DNA of 64,000 nucleotides from Oligoflexia bacterium (GCA_015232355.1 JADFZW010000016.1:33419-97418), one strand, 5' to 3'; numbered from the stretch's first letter, positions 18,580 through 27,573 are shown. The notes: a model not told the origin generated them from the sequence alone. A program made the numbers and translations.

Positions 18580-19707
18580 ATGCTTAAAAACTTCCAACCT
18601 TTATTATCATTATCACTATCACTATCATTAAAAATATTAACAATTATCGTCTCAATAATAGCAAGTACACATCCAAGCTCAAGCTGGGCCATCAATCCTA
18701 CGGTTGAATCCCTTTTTAGAAATGCTTCTAATAAAGTTATTTCAGAAAATTCTACGGTTATAAAATTTATGATCAATGTGATTAGCAGTGAAGAATCGGC
18801 AACATCAGCATCAGCACCCGCAATGGCCACAGATAGTACTAAATTATTTGTTGAACTTACTTTCTTCACCGATAAAAATAGTGGTTCCTTAAAGATCTTA
18901 CAAAAAACATTCTCTGACGATAAGATGAATCGCAATTCGTTTCTCAATGTCGTCTTTATTGATAGTATTGAAAAACTCTTCACTGAATTCTCATCTGATT
19001 CTACTACTTCAAGTACTTCAAATATCTCATCTGGCACCTCCAAAAATGCATTCTACTCCTCCCTATATCAAGTTTTCTCAAATCATCATGGATTAATTCT
19101 AAAATTTTTAAAAGATCACAATGATAATTTTCAATTCAATAGAGAGATCATTAATAAAGAAAAATTTGAACTACTAGAAAAGTATCGATTATATTTAGAA
19201 ACTATAATTCAAAACCCAGCACTTAAAAAAACTGAAGTCTCTCCCCTACAACCAGTTAGTAGTAGTGATAAAGCAAAAGCGATGGCCCTGCTGAAAGAAA
19301 ATTCCTTCTACCTAAACAAAAATGTTTCTCTTACCAATGAAAACGGCGAATTCTTTTGGAAGATACAATTAAAAAACTCTCAAGCACTTTTTAGTAACGA
19401 TCAACATTTTCTTCGTTTACTCTCCCATACTGCTACTGCTACTAATAGCGAAACCTTTGAAATAAATTTTGAAGAGTATTCAATTTACAACAATCTCTAT
19501 ATGGCGCCAAAATATATAACTATAAAATCAACTGAAAAGAAAAATTATATAATGAAAATTATTTCTCTAGAACATAAGGATCTTTCTGTTGATACGCTTA
19601 TAAAAAAGGCAAGCGATCTACGTGCAGTTGCAATTACGGTTCTTGATACAAAAAAAATCGATTTCCAACAATTAAAAAATATTTTTCCATTCCTTCTTTT
19701 TAATTAA
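18580..19707 (+). CDS. hypothetical secreted protein
   Basis: Long ORF with a signal-peptide-like N-terminus (...IIASTHPSSSWA), co-directional with priA. The antisense ORF 18510-19043 was rejected. Confidence 0.5.
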   Translation: MLKNFQPLLSLSLSLSLKILTIIVSIIASTHPSSSWAINPTVESLFRNASNKVISENSTVIKFMINVISSEESATSASAPAMATDSTKLFVELTFFTDKNSGSLKILQKTFSDDKMNRNSFLNVVFIDSIEKLFTEFSSDSTTSSTSNISSGTSKNAFYSSLYQVFSNHHGLILKFLKDHNDNFQFNREIINKEKFELLEKYRLYLETIIQNPALKKTEVSPLQPVSSSDKAKAMALLKENSFYLNKNVSLTNENGEFFWKIQLKNSQALFSNDQHFLRLLSHTATATNSETFEINFEEYSIYNNLYMAPKYITIKSTEKKNYIMKIISLEHKDLSVDTLIKKASDLRAVAITVLDTKKIDFQQLKNIFPFLLFN

Positions 19708-19738
19708 AAAAATTAAAATTAAAAAATTAAAGACTAAA

Positions 19739-21904
19739 ATGCCAGACAATATCTACTATCAAGTTGCAGTTAATTACCCCTCTCAAAATTCGATTCTCAC
19801 CTATATTGGAGATCCCTCTTCAGATATTAATTTTCAAATCGGTCAGTTGGTACATATCCCTCTCGGGAAGAGAAGTGAATTTGGTTGCGTTGTTGATACT
19901 ATAAATGAGGTTAAAGACAATCCAGATATCACCTATAAAAATATATTTAGCATAGTAGACTCAAAGATATTTCTCTCTCCTACCGATTTAATGCTCTTTA
20001 AGTGGGTTTCAAAATATTATCACTATGGTTTAGGAAAATTAATCTTTGATACTCTCCCGAATCTCCCTAAGCTCCCTATTCTCTCTAATCTCTCTAATCT
20101 CTCTACTTCTTCAGCTCTTCCTAAAAAGCGAAGCACTCGCTTGGTAAAATCACCAATTACACCTCAAAGACAGATAGATCAGCAATCATCAACAAAAGAA
20201 ACATATAATCTCACTCAAATCCAGCAACAAATATTTGATCAACTTCACCTTTTATCTTCTTCGACACCTACAAATAACCAAACCCAACACTTTAAAGCAC
20301 TAATTCATGGGGTGACTGGCAGTGGAAAGTCGATTATTTATTTGAAGCTAATGGAAGAGTGCTTTAAAAAAAATCAATCTGTATTATTCTTACTACCAGA
20401 GATAAATTTAACTCCTCAGTTTATAGAGATCTTCGAAAGGGATTTAACGGTTCCTATATACCCTTATCATAGTGGGCTTAGTGACAAACAGAAACTTTTA
20501 ATTTGGGAATCACTACTTATTTCTAACGATTCTCCTAAATTGATTATCGGTGCCCGCAGTGCGATTTTTTTACCTATAAAAAATTTAGGTCTTATCATTA
20601 TGGATGAGGAACATGATCACTCCTATAAACAAGATGATCGTTGTAGTTATCATGCTCGCGATGTTGCTTATAAGAAAGCAAAGCTCTTAAACATTCCAAT
20701 TATTCTAGGATCCGCTACTCCTTCCTTGGAAAGTTTTTATTTTTTCAAGTTATCCACCAACAAAGATTTTGGACATTACTTTGAATTGAGAGAACGAGTA
20801 CATCAAGCTCAATTACCCGATATTGAAATTGTTGACACCCGAATTAAAAATAAAGATGCGAATAAAGATGCAAATACAAATACAAAAAAGCAATATGCCC
20901 ACTGGCCGCTCACCGATACTACCATTCATGAAATTGATAAAAATCTTCAATCTGGGGGACAAGTATTAATTCTTATCAATAGACTGGGATTTGCAAACTA
21001 TTTTCAATGTAAATCTTGTGGCCACTCCTTTGAGTGTGTAAATTGCTCTACCAAATTGCGCTTCTTTAGCAAAAAAAATATCTTATCTTGCCAATACTGC
21101 AATTACACTATTCATGCTCCCACCTTTTGTCCTCTATGTAACTGTCTGGACATTCTTCAGAAGGGATTTGGAACCGAAAAGATTCAAGCAGTATTATCAG
21201 AATTATTTCCAAACAAAATCACCGAACGCTTCGATCGTGATGAGATCACTACTATAACAAAATTAAATAATCGACTCGAAGCCTTCCATCAACATCGAAT
21301 TGATATTTTAGTTGGTACTCAAATGCTCTCTAAAGGACACAACTTTAAAAGAGTTAGATTGGTGGTAATTTTAGGTGTAGATTCCTACTTAAATTACTCT
21401 GATTTTAGGATAAACGAAAAGGTTTATCAACTTCTCACTCAAGTGGCCGGACGCTCTGGTCGCTTTGGTGGAGAAAGTAAGGTTTTAATTCAAACCTGTA
21501 ATCCTGCCAATGAAACTTTAAATGTAATTAAGCAAAACCTCTTCGATCATTTCTATTTTAGTGAAGCAAAAGTTAGGACCGATTGCTTTTTTCCTCCATT
21601 CTCGAGATCAGCGCTAATCTATTTGTTGTCCACCGATCAAAAACAGGTGGCCAAGCATATTCAAGCGCTATCCCTCTTCACTACCAATATAAAAAATAAA
21701 TATTTTGCTTCAATCGAAATACTTGGGCCTAAACCGGCCATTATTGAAAAGCGAGTGGGATTTTATACCTGGTGTATCTTACTTAGAACTCATAACTCAA
21801 AAGTAAATGACCTTCATAACCTCATCACTACCATAGAGGAAAATTTTGAATTACCATCACAAATTAAAATGAAAATCGATATCGATCCCTTAACTTTTAT
21901 GTAG
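19739..21904 (+). CDS. priA: primosomal protein N' (replication restart helicase PriA)
   Basis: Walker A GVTGSGKS, DEEH box (MDEEHD), four CxxC zinc-binding pairs (CKSCGH...CVNCS...CQYCN...CPLCN), and motif VI QVAGRSGR. Confidence 0.95.
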   Translation: MPDNIYYQVAVNYPSQNSILTYIGDPSSDINFQIGQLVHIPLGKRSEFGCVVDTINEVKDNPDITYKNIFSIVDSKIFLSPTDLMLFKWVSKYYHYGLGKLIFDTLPNLPKLPILSNLSNLSTSSALPKKRSTRLVKSPITPQRQIDQQSSTKETYNLTQIQQQIFDQLHLLSSSTPTNNQTQHFKALIHGVTGSGKSIIYLKLMEECFKKNQSVLFLLPEINLTPQFIEIFERDLTVPIYPYHSGLSDKQKLLIWESLLISNDSPKLIIGARSAIFLPIKNLGLIIMDEEHDHSYKQDDRCSYHARDVAYKKAKLLNIPIILGSATPSLESFYFFKLSTNKDFGHYFELRERVHQAQLPDIEIVDTRIKNKDANKDANTNTKKQYAHWPLTDTTIHEIDKNLQSGGQVLILINRLGFANYFQCKSCGHSFECVNCSTKLRFFSKKNILSCQYCNYTIHAPTFCPLCNCLDILQKGFGTEKIQAVLSELFPNKITERFDRDEITTITKLNNRLEAFHQHRIDILVGTQMLSKGHNFKRVRLVVILGVDSYLNYSDFRINEKVYQLLTQVAGRSGRFGGESKVLIQTCNPANETLNVIKQNLFDHFYFSEAKVRTDCFFPPFSRSALIYLLSTDQKQVAKHIQALSLFTTNIKNKYFASIEILGPKPAIIEKRVGFYTWCILLRTHNSKVNDLHNLITTIEENFELPSQIKMKIDIDPLTFM

Positions 21905-22016
21905 GTTTTATGTAGGTTTTATTAAAGAAAACCAAAGTAAGCAGTTGTCAAAAGAAAATATTTTTTGTTAACTATCAACAGTAAAAGAATTAATTTAAAA
22001 TAAGGAATTATTTATT

Positions 22017-22763
22017 ATGAACCACTCTAACAACGTTGACAAAAAAGATCTGAGTCATGAAACGCTGGTAAAAAGAACTACCCCAAGGCAAATTAAAATC
22101 ACCCCTAATGTTAACCCTTATGCTTTGGGTAGTGTTATCATTGAATATGGAAACACTAAAGTTCACATCACTGCCACTCTAGAAAAAGAAGTTCCTCCAT
22201 TTTTGAAGGGCAAAGGAACAGGTTGGGTTACTGCTGAATATGCTATGTTACCACTCTCCACCCATACTAGATCACAAAGAGAACGAAAGGGAGTTGGTGG
22301 TCGCTCTCAAGAGATTCAACGTCTAATCGGCCGCTCTCTACGGGCCGCTGTTGATTTAAAATTACTAGGTGAAAGATCCATCATGATTGATTGTGATGTT
22401 TTAGTTGCTGATGGTGGAACTAGAACTGCATCGATTTCAGGAGGCTTCGTGGCCTTAAATCTGGCGATAAAAAAACTTCTGACCGATGGAGTTTTAAAAC
22501 AAAACCCTATCAAAGAAAAAATTGCCGCTATCAGTGTTGGTATTACCAAGGAAGGCGAAGTGATTGCGGATTTAAATTATGATGAAGATTCAAACATTGC
22601 CACCGATATGAACATGGTTATCTGTGAAAGTGGCAGATTTGTTGAATTACAAGGTACTGCTGAAGGTGCTCCTTTTAATAAGAATGAGTTGGATCGAATG
22701 CTTTACTGTGCTCAAGAAGCAGTTAAAATAATCTTTAAAGAACAACGAACGATCCTCTCATAA
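22017..22763 (+). CDS. rph: ribonuclease PH
   Basis: [16 protein letters not shown]...[17 protein letters not shown]...[17 protein letters not shown]...[16 protein letters not shown] is canonical RNase PH. Confidence 0.95.
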   Translation: MNHSNNVDKKDLSHETLVKRTTPRQIKITPNVNPYALGSVIIEYGNTKVHITATLEKEVPPFLKGKGTGWVTAEYAMLPLSTHTRSQRERKGVGGRSQEIQRLIGRSLRAAVDLKLLGERSIMIDCDVLVADGGTRTASISGGFVALNLAIKKLLTDGVLKQNPIKEKIAAISVGITKEGEVIADLNYDEDSNIATDMNMVICESGRFVELQGTAEGAPFNKNELDRMLYCAQEAVKIIFKEQRTILS

Positions 22764-22795
22764 ACAATCCCATAAACAATCTCAAAAACAATCTC

Positions 22796-23461
22796 ATGAA
22801 TAATAATCTAAAAACAAATTTTGAATTCATCTTTGCTTCCAGCAATCAACATAAATTTTTAGAGTTTGAAGATCTTTTTAAAAATTCTTGTATCAAACTT
22901 CAGCTGGCAGAAAAATCTTTAGAAGTTACAGAGGATGGAGATAGTTATCATCAAAATGCTCTCCTCAAAGCAAAAGCTTATTTTAATCACCAAAGAGGAA
23001 GAGGCACTACCGGCACTACCCCCATCCCCATTATGGCCGATGATTCTGGATTAAATGTTTTATCCCTCCCTAATGAATTAGGCATTCACTCTGCAAGATT
23101 TGGAGGTGATGGACTTAACTATAATGATCGCTGTAAATTGTTACTTGAAAAATTAAATAACCTAGAAAATGTAGATCGTTCTGCTTATTTTGTTTGTGTT
23201 TTATGCTTCTACTTTTCCGATCAAGAGATTTTTTTCTTCGAGGGTCGACTTGAAGGAAAAATAGGTTCTGAAATAAAGGGTAGTGGTGGCTTTGGTTTTG
23301 ATCCCATATTTATTCCCTCCTCCGCTACAAAAACAACAACGGAATCACCGCAATCACTTGCTGAAATGGATGAATGGAAGCAACTTCACTCTCATCGAGC
23401 AGTGGCCGCCAAGGAAGCAATGAAATTTTTTGCTGGTCGCTCATTTCGAAAGTCGTTCTAG
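22796..23461 (+). CDS. rdgB: non-canonical purine NTP pyrophosphatase (RdgB/HAM1 family)
   Basis: FASSNQHKFLEF...ADDSGL...PNELGIHSARF...GSGGFGFDPIF...AEM....K...SHR are the family motifs. Confidence 0.9.
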   Translation: MNNNLKTNFEFIFASSNQHKFLEFEDLFKNSCIKLQLAEKSLEVTEDGDSYHQNALLKAKAYFNHQRGRGTTGTTPIPIMADDSGLNVLSLPNELGIHSARFGGDGLNYNDRCKLLLEKLNNLENVDRSAYFVCVLCFYFSDQEIFFFEGRLEGKIGSEIKGSGGFGFDPIFIPSSATKTTTESPQSLAEMDEWKQLHSHRAVAAKEAMKFFAGRSFRKSF

Positions 23462-23566
23462 TTCATGTATTTACATCAAGAATTCTATATAAAAAGTTAT
23501 GGGGTATTATAAAATTAATCATGCCCAATATCTTTTATAGCTGCCAAGGTATACTTTATTTTAAAA

Positions 23567-23600
23567 TCACACGGAATCGCACACGGAATCGCACGGAATC
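23567..23600. repeat. tandem micro-repeat (CACGGAATCG units, ~3 copies) abutting palindromic element copy a
   Basis: Reads TCACACGGAATCGCACACGGAATCGCACGGAATC directly in the sequence. Confidence 0.7.
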
Positions 23601-23671
23601 GTGCCACTTTCCATGTGGTAGCTCTAGTTAGTCGGAAATTAAAAAGAAATGCTACCATTCGGAGTGTGCAC
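23601..23671 (+). repeat. palindromic interspersed element, copy a (complete short form, 71 nt)
   Basis: GTGCCACTTTCCATGTGGTAGC-loop-GCTACCATTCGGAGTGTGCAC. The arms can pair over ~19 bp with a few mismatches or wobbles. Confidence 0.75.
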
Positions 23672-23803
23672 TCCTACTCCCTCCTAGAGTGCAAAAAAAC
23701 ATTCTCCTAAATAAAAAAATTATTCATCCGATATGATAATTTAAGAGGAGTAGTGTAACTCGTACTCTAGAACTTTATTAACATAGCTGTAAGGTTAAAT
23801 TAT

Positions 23804-26038
23804 ATGTCACTATTACATCGAGAGCATATAATAATTGCATATTTAATTACATATTTAGTTTTATTCATATCTATGGCCATAATTATGAACATAAACATAA
23901 AAATATCTATGGCGAGTGACAAGGAAGACCCTCCTGAAATTGAATGTAGCAATGATAGTTCAGTAAAACTTAATAAACATAATAAGTTTAATGATGAAAT
24001 AAAATCGTTAGTAGATAGATTTGATAGAAAATGGAATATAGACAAAGAGCTGCTAAAAAAAATTAAACAAAATCGCCCTAAGCGACCTTGGGAAGATGGT
24101 GATGTTGATACGATCTATCGCTTAAGTGAAAGTGATTTAGAAGTTCTCACAGGAAAAAACAAGGAGAAAAATACAAAGAAAAATAAAGAGAGAAATAAAG
24201 AGGAAGGAGATATTCCTTCACTATCTGTGATCATCTCTGCTCGCAATTTTTTGGAAAAACATCTTCAAGGCACATTCAAAATTGATCAAGGAAATAGAGT
24301 TGGTAAAATGACTAAGCTATATGCTTTTGGTGAAAATCATATCTCAACAGCGGAACTAAAATATAGAGGGAAAATTCTCTCTTATTTAATAAAAATTCAT
24401 CTACAAGCAGGTAATCTCGTAACCATTTCTGATGAATCAGTAGATGTACATGATGTACATAATGATAAAATTCATTTTAATAATGAAAATAAAAAAAATT
24501 TCTTATCTCGCTTGTACATAAATTTTGATGAAAAAGATACAGCTTTACTCTCTAATTTAGATTTAACCACCTGGGAAACAAAAAATGCTCAAAAAGAAAA
24601 AATAGAAGTATGTATGCTGCCGATTCAAGAAATTGATAAAAAAGCAAATATCATATATGCCAATCGAAATAAAATGAATAGAACAGATTACATTATGGAG
24701 TACAAGGCCCTTTGTGACAAAATTAAAAATTTTTCACTGTCACAGACCAAATTTTTAAATCGAATAAGAAATGATCGAAACCATACCCTTATAGAAAACG
24801 CCCAAAAACTTTTAGACAAAAATTCTAGCAATTTAAATATTTTAATAGCAGGATCGAATCATCTTGATGAAAATAATAAAGAAAGAAATCTCCTTTTGAA
24901 AAATGACGGAGTAAATATTTATTTACCGAAGAAAATTCCTAACAAAGCAAGATATGAGGAAGAAAAATCGGCCTCCGATTTAACGACACCTAATCTTGTC
25001 TCCAATTGGGATGTATATCATAGGGCCCTCATCACACTTGCAAAGATACTATCAACAATTCCCACAAGTGAGATGACAAGAAATTTTAATGAGAAAGATG
25101 ATTGTGGAATGCTTGATATATTTAAAAATATAAAGCTAGTATCAACATTAATGAAAGAAGGTTTTGATTTTAAAGAAGCAATTTTTGCAAATGGAATGAC
25201 TCCATTACATATTGCTGCTAAAAAGGGTTTCACAGATCTAGCTGAACTACTTTTGAATGATCCTAAAATTAATCCAAATATATTAAATAATATTGGAGTA
25301 TCTCCTTTAACTTATGCCGCTGCTTTTGGGAATAAAGACATTGTAAAGTTACTTATAAAACATCCAAAAATAGATTTTAAATTAGGAATGTACAATAGCA
25401 ATGGAAATTTACTATCCTCTTTAGATGTGGCCAAACAAAATGGGTATCCCGAAATTGTAAAGATAATTGAGGATTTTGTTACAAAAACAGATGATGATCT
25501 GGCAAATAACTTGATGTCGGCCGCAACAAGCGGTGATTTGAATAAAGTAAAAAAATTAATTAAAATAAATCCAAAAATAACTGAAGTAAAAAATAGCAAG
25601 GGTGAAACTGCATTGATGTTGGCGCTGAAAGATTTCAATTGGAATGTAGTTAAATATCTAGCTAAAATAAATCCAAAAACAATCGGAATGAAAAATAATA
25701 ATGGCGATAGCGCATTGATATTAGCTCAGAATAGTGTTGCATTTGCAAGAGGCAATTGGAAAGCTCCCTTTAATTGGAAAATAGTAAAATATTTGGCAGA
25801 ACTAAATCCTTCAGCAATTGAAGAAAAAAATAGAGATGGTGAAACTGTATTAGTATTGGCGGCACGAGGTGGATTTTTTGATATAGTAGAATATTTAGCT
25901 AAACTAAATCCGAAAGCAATTAATATTCAAAGTAATGATGGCAAAACGGTCTTTTCGTTGGCACAAAAGAAAGCTAGACTCGATGTAGTTGAACGCTTAA
26001 AGAAAATAAAATCCACATCATCAAATAGCGCGGAATAG
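23804..26038 (+). CDS. ankyrin-repeat protein with a large uncharacterised N-terminal region
   Basis: The C-terminal half holds at least 7 ANK repeats (GMTPLHIAAKKGFTDLAELLL, GVSPLTYAAAFGNKDIVKLLI, GETALMLALKDFNWNVVKYL, and others). The N-terminal ~430 aa have no motif I recognise apart from a hydrophobic leader. Confidence 0.85.
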   Translation: MSLLHREHIIIAYLITYLVLFISMAIIMNINIKISMASDKEDPPEIECSNDSSVKLNKHNKFNDEIKSLVDRFDRKWNIDKELLKKIKQNRPKRPWEDGDVDTIYRLSESDLEVLTGKNKEKNTKKNKERNKEEGDIPSLSVIISARNFLEKHLQGTFKIDQGNRVGKMTKLYAFGENHISTAELKYRGKILSYLIKIHLQAGNLVTISDESVDVHDVHNDKIHFNNENKKNFLSRLYINFDEKDTALLSNLDLTTWETKNAQKEKIEVCMLPIQEIDKKANIIYANRNKMNRTDYIMEYKALCDKIKNFSLSQTKFLNRIRNDRNHTLIENAQKLLDKNSSNLNILIAGSNHLDENNKERNLLLKNDGVNIYLPKKIPNKARYEEEKSASDLTTPNLVSNWDVYHRALITLAKILSTIPTSEMTRNFNEKDDCGMLDIFKNIKLVSTLMKEGFDFKEAIFANGMTPLHIAAKKGFTDLAELLLNDPKINPNILNNIGVSPLTYAAAFGNKDIVKLLIKHPKIDFKLGMYNSNGNLLSSLDVAKQNGYPEIVKIIEDFVTKTDDDLANNLMSAATSGDLNKVKKLIKINPKITEVKNSKGETALMLALKDFNWNVVKYLAKINPKTIGMKNNNGDSALILAQNSVAFARGNWKAPFNWKIVKYLAELNPSAIEEKNRDGETVLVLAARGGFFDIVEYLAKLNPKAINIQSNDGKTVFSLAQKKARLDVVERLKKIKSTSSNSAE

Positions 26039-26093
26039 TGTCACTTTCCATTTGGTAGCTCTAGTGAGTCACAAACATAAAGTTAATCTTAAC
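26038..26093 (+). repeat. palindromic element, copy b (left arm plus 34 nt shared with the long copy c; right arm absent)
   Basis: GTGTCACTTTCCATTTGGTAGCTCTAGTGAGTCACAAACATAAAGTTAATCTTAAC. Its first G is the last base of the TAG stop of the ankyrin gene. Confidence 0.7.
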
Positions 26094-26224
26094 ATTCACC
26101 ATAGGTGTTAATAAATTCTATCATGCCTTAGAAAAAGATTTGGTAATAAAATTAAGCAAAGGACTTCCCTCGCTTTCTCACTTTAACAAGAGATAAACTA
26201 GATCTCATTTCGATTTGAAGTAGT
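26094..26224 (+). pseudogene. 5'-truncated, prematurely stopped duplicate of the small membrane-protein gene at 27644-27820
   Basis: About 130 nt align by eye to 27691-27822 with scattered substitutions. The translation ..FTIGVNKFYHALEKDLVIKLSKGLPSLSHFNKR ends at TAA. Confidence 0.6.
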
Positions 26225-26341
26225 GATTCCTTTTATAATAATCTTCAATTTTTAATTGAATCAGTGTTTATTTTGCAGTCCAATAGCGAATCCCTACTAA
26301 GCAATGAACATGTTTAGCAATAATTTGCTTAAATTTTAATT

Positions 26342-26362
26342 ACAGTGTACAATGTACACTGT
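26342..26362. promoter_or_regulatory. perfect 10+1+10 palindrome ACAGTGTACA-A-TGTACACTGT upstream of brnT (candidate operator)
   Basis: Lies 18 nt upstream of the brnT ATG. RHH antitoxins typically bind palindromic operators. No binding data are available. Confidence 0.45.
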
Positions 26363-26379
26363 GTGCAAAGGAATTATAT

Positions 26380-26682
26380 ATGAGCAAATTCGTATGGAGT
26401 AAAGATAAAGATGAATTACTTAAAAAAACTCGAAATATTTCATTTGAAAATGTCGTTTCTGCTATAGCAGAAGAAAATTTGCTTTCCATCGAGGCAAACA
26501 GAAGCAAAAATCATGAGGGTCAAAAAATTTTAATTGTACTAATAAATGATTATCCTTACGTTATACCGTTTGATGAGCTTGATAACGGAGATATTATTTT
26601 AAGAACAATATATCCTTCAAGAAAGGAAAAAAAGAGAATAAATAATGAAAACGAAAAGAAAAAAAGAAATAAAGCTAGATAA
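26380..26682 (+). CDS. brnT: BrnT-like (DUF497) type II toxin
   Basis: FVWSKDKDELLKKTRNISFENVVSAI ... IILRTIYPSRKEKK follows the BrnT pattern (F-x-W-D-x-x-K ... isFe ... R-I-I-S-x-R-K). Confidence 0.65.
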   Translation: MSKFVWSKDKDELLKKTRNISFENVVSAIAEENLLSIEANRSKNHEGQKILIVLINDYPYVIPFDELDNGDIILRTIYPSRKEKKRINNENEKKKRNKAR

Positions 26683-26968
26683 GTATGAAAAACAAATTGA
26701 AAAAGATCGTCTAGCAGGATCTTTTAAAAATATTAATGAAGAAAATTCTGTTATTAAAAAATTGCAGAGTATGGCCAAAGAACAAATTAAAGAGAAAAGA
26801 ATTAATTTGAGAATGAACGCTGACGATTTGAAATATTTTGAAATGGAAGCTAAAAGAATGGGAATGGCCTATCAAACATTAATTGGCTCTGTACTTCATC
26901 GATATATTCATAATCAACTAATTGATGTTAAGGAAATAAATAAAGTTACAAGAAAAAAGGTCAGTTAA
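26645..26968 (+). CDS. brnA: BrnA/CopG-like ribbon-helix-helix antitoxin
   Basis: KRINLRMNADDLKYFEMEAKRMGMAYQTLIGSVLHRYIH matches the BrnA-type antitoxin C-terminal region. The ORF overlaps brnT. Confidence 0.7.
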   Translation: MKTKRKKEIKLDKYEKQIEKDRLAGSFKNINEENSVIKKLQSMAKEQIKEKRINLRMNADDLKYFEMEAKRMGMAYQTLIGSVLHRYIHNQLIDVKEINKVTRKKVS

Positions 26969-27009
26969 TCAACAACATTTAAAATGCTTATTTAAACAAA
27001 CGGTAAATC

Positions 27010-27034
27010 ATGAGTAATTGCAACCATGATAAAC
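27010..27034 (+). pseudogene. 25-nt fragment duplicating the start of the zinc-ribbon antitoxin-like gene (28333-28357)
   Basis: ATGAGTAATTGCAACCATGATAAAC versus ATGAATAATTGCAACCATGATAAAC gives 24/25 identity. Similarity stops where the GAATCG array begins. Confidence 0.6.
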
Positions 27035-27035
27035 G

Positions 27036-27078
27036 TGCGAATCGCGAATCGAATCGCGAATCGCGCGAATCGCGAATC
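27036..27078. repeat. tandem micro-repeat array (GCGAATC / GAATCGC units, ~6 copies) abutting element copy c
   Basis: Reads GTGCGAATCGCGAATCGAATCGCGAATCGCGCGAATCGCGAATC directly in the sequence. Confidence 0.7.
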
Positions 27079-27421
27079 GTGCCACTTTCCATTGGGTAGC
27101 TCTATTGAGTCACAAACACAACGTTAATATTAACAACAGATGAAAAAGCAGACTAATTCAAAGTGATGAGAATTTAATTATCTTCACTGAGTTTTTATTT
27201 TTTACAATATTTGCTCTCAAAGAGCTGAGATAGATATATTTATAAATCTTATGAAAATTGCTTCTATCTTTAATTAGATCGTTAATTGTATCTAAAGCAA
27301 TTTTTCATACTTTATTTAATGGAAGATAAAACTATTCTCGATTATTTGATTGAGAGGTTATAAGGTTATGTAATATGACTTTCGCAATATCCTTAGCCAG
27401 GTAGCTACCATTCGGAGTGTG
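27079..27421 (+). repeat. palindromic element, copy c (long form: arms separated by ~300 nt of non-coding AT-rich DNA)
   Basis: Left arm GTGCCACTTTCCATTGGGTAGC at 27079-27100. Right arm GCTACCATTCGGAGTGTG at 27404-27421. No ORF lies between them. Confidence 0.6.
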
Positions 27422-27438
27422 TCTTCAATTCCTATTAG

Positions 27439-27460
27439 TGGCAGAAAGAGCAGGAATCGA
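27439..27460 (-). repeat. att-like direct repeat: 22-nt copy of the 3' end of the tRNA-Sec-like gene
   Basis: TGGCAGAAAGAGCAGGAATCGA is identical to 31231-31252 in the same orientation. Confidence 0.8.
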
Positions 27461-27573
27461 TTCTGCCCTCGACAAATCTTTATAATATTAACAAATTAGA
27501 ATGATTTCAAAAACTTGCCTTTTGACGGCATTCTTCTTTTTTCATCATTTTTCACGTTAGTTCATATAGTCAA

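Noticed and set aside
18510-19043. 177-aa ORF antisense to the start of 18580-19707
   Set aside because: It lies entirely within or opposite a longer ORF that has a signal peptide and operon context with priA. Its sequence is low-complexity mirror translation.
23374-23631. 85-aa ORF running from the rdgB 3' end through the GAATCG array into element copy a; likewise 55928-56122 across copy d
   Set aside because: These reading frames exist only because they traverse the repeat element (…TRNRTRNRTESCHFPCG…, …KWHHHHYESC…). There is no start context.
23672-23700. Hairpin GCACTC-N13-GAGTGC followed by A7 after element copy a, as a rho-independent terminator
   Set aside because: On the plus strand the stem is followed by an A-run rather than a T-run. 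On the minus strand the T-run precedes the stem. Neither orientation fits an intrinsic terminator.
27036-27078. Possible CRISPR array
   Set aside because: The units are only 7-10 nt, contiguous and without spacers. No cas genes are in the window.
23601-27421. Integron attC sites / cassette array
   Set aside because: The cassette-like layout is suggestive. However, I cannot find the R''/R' core sites (RYYYAAC...GTTRRRY) at the element ends, and no intI gene or attI lies in the window. The idea is kept only as an analogy in the findings.
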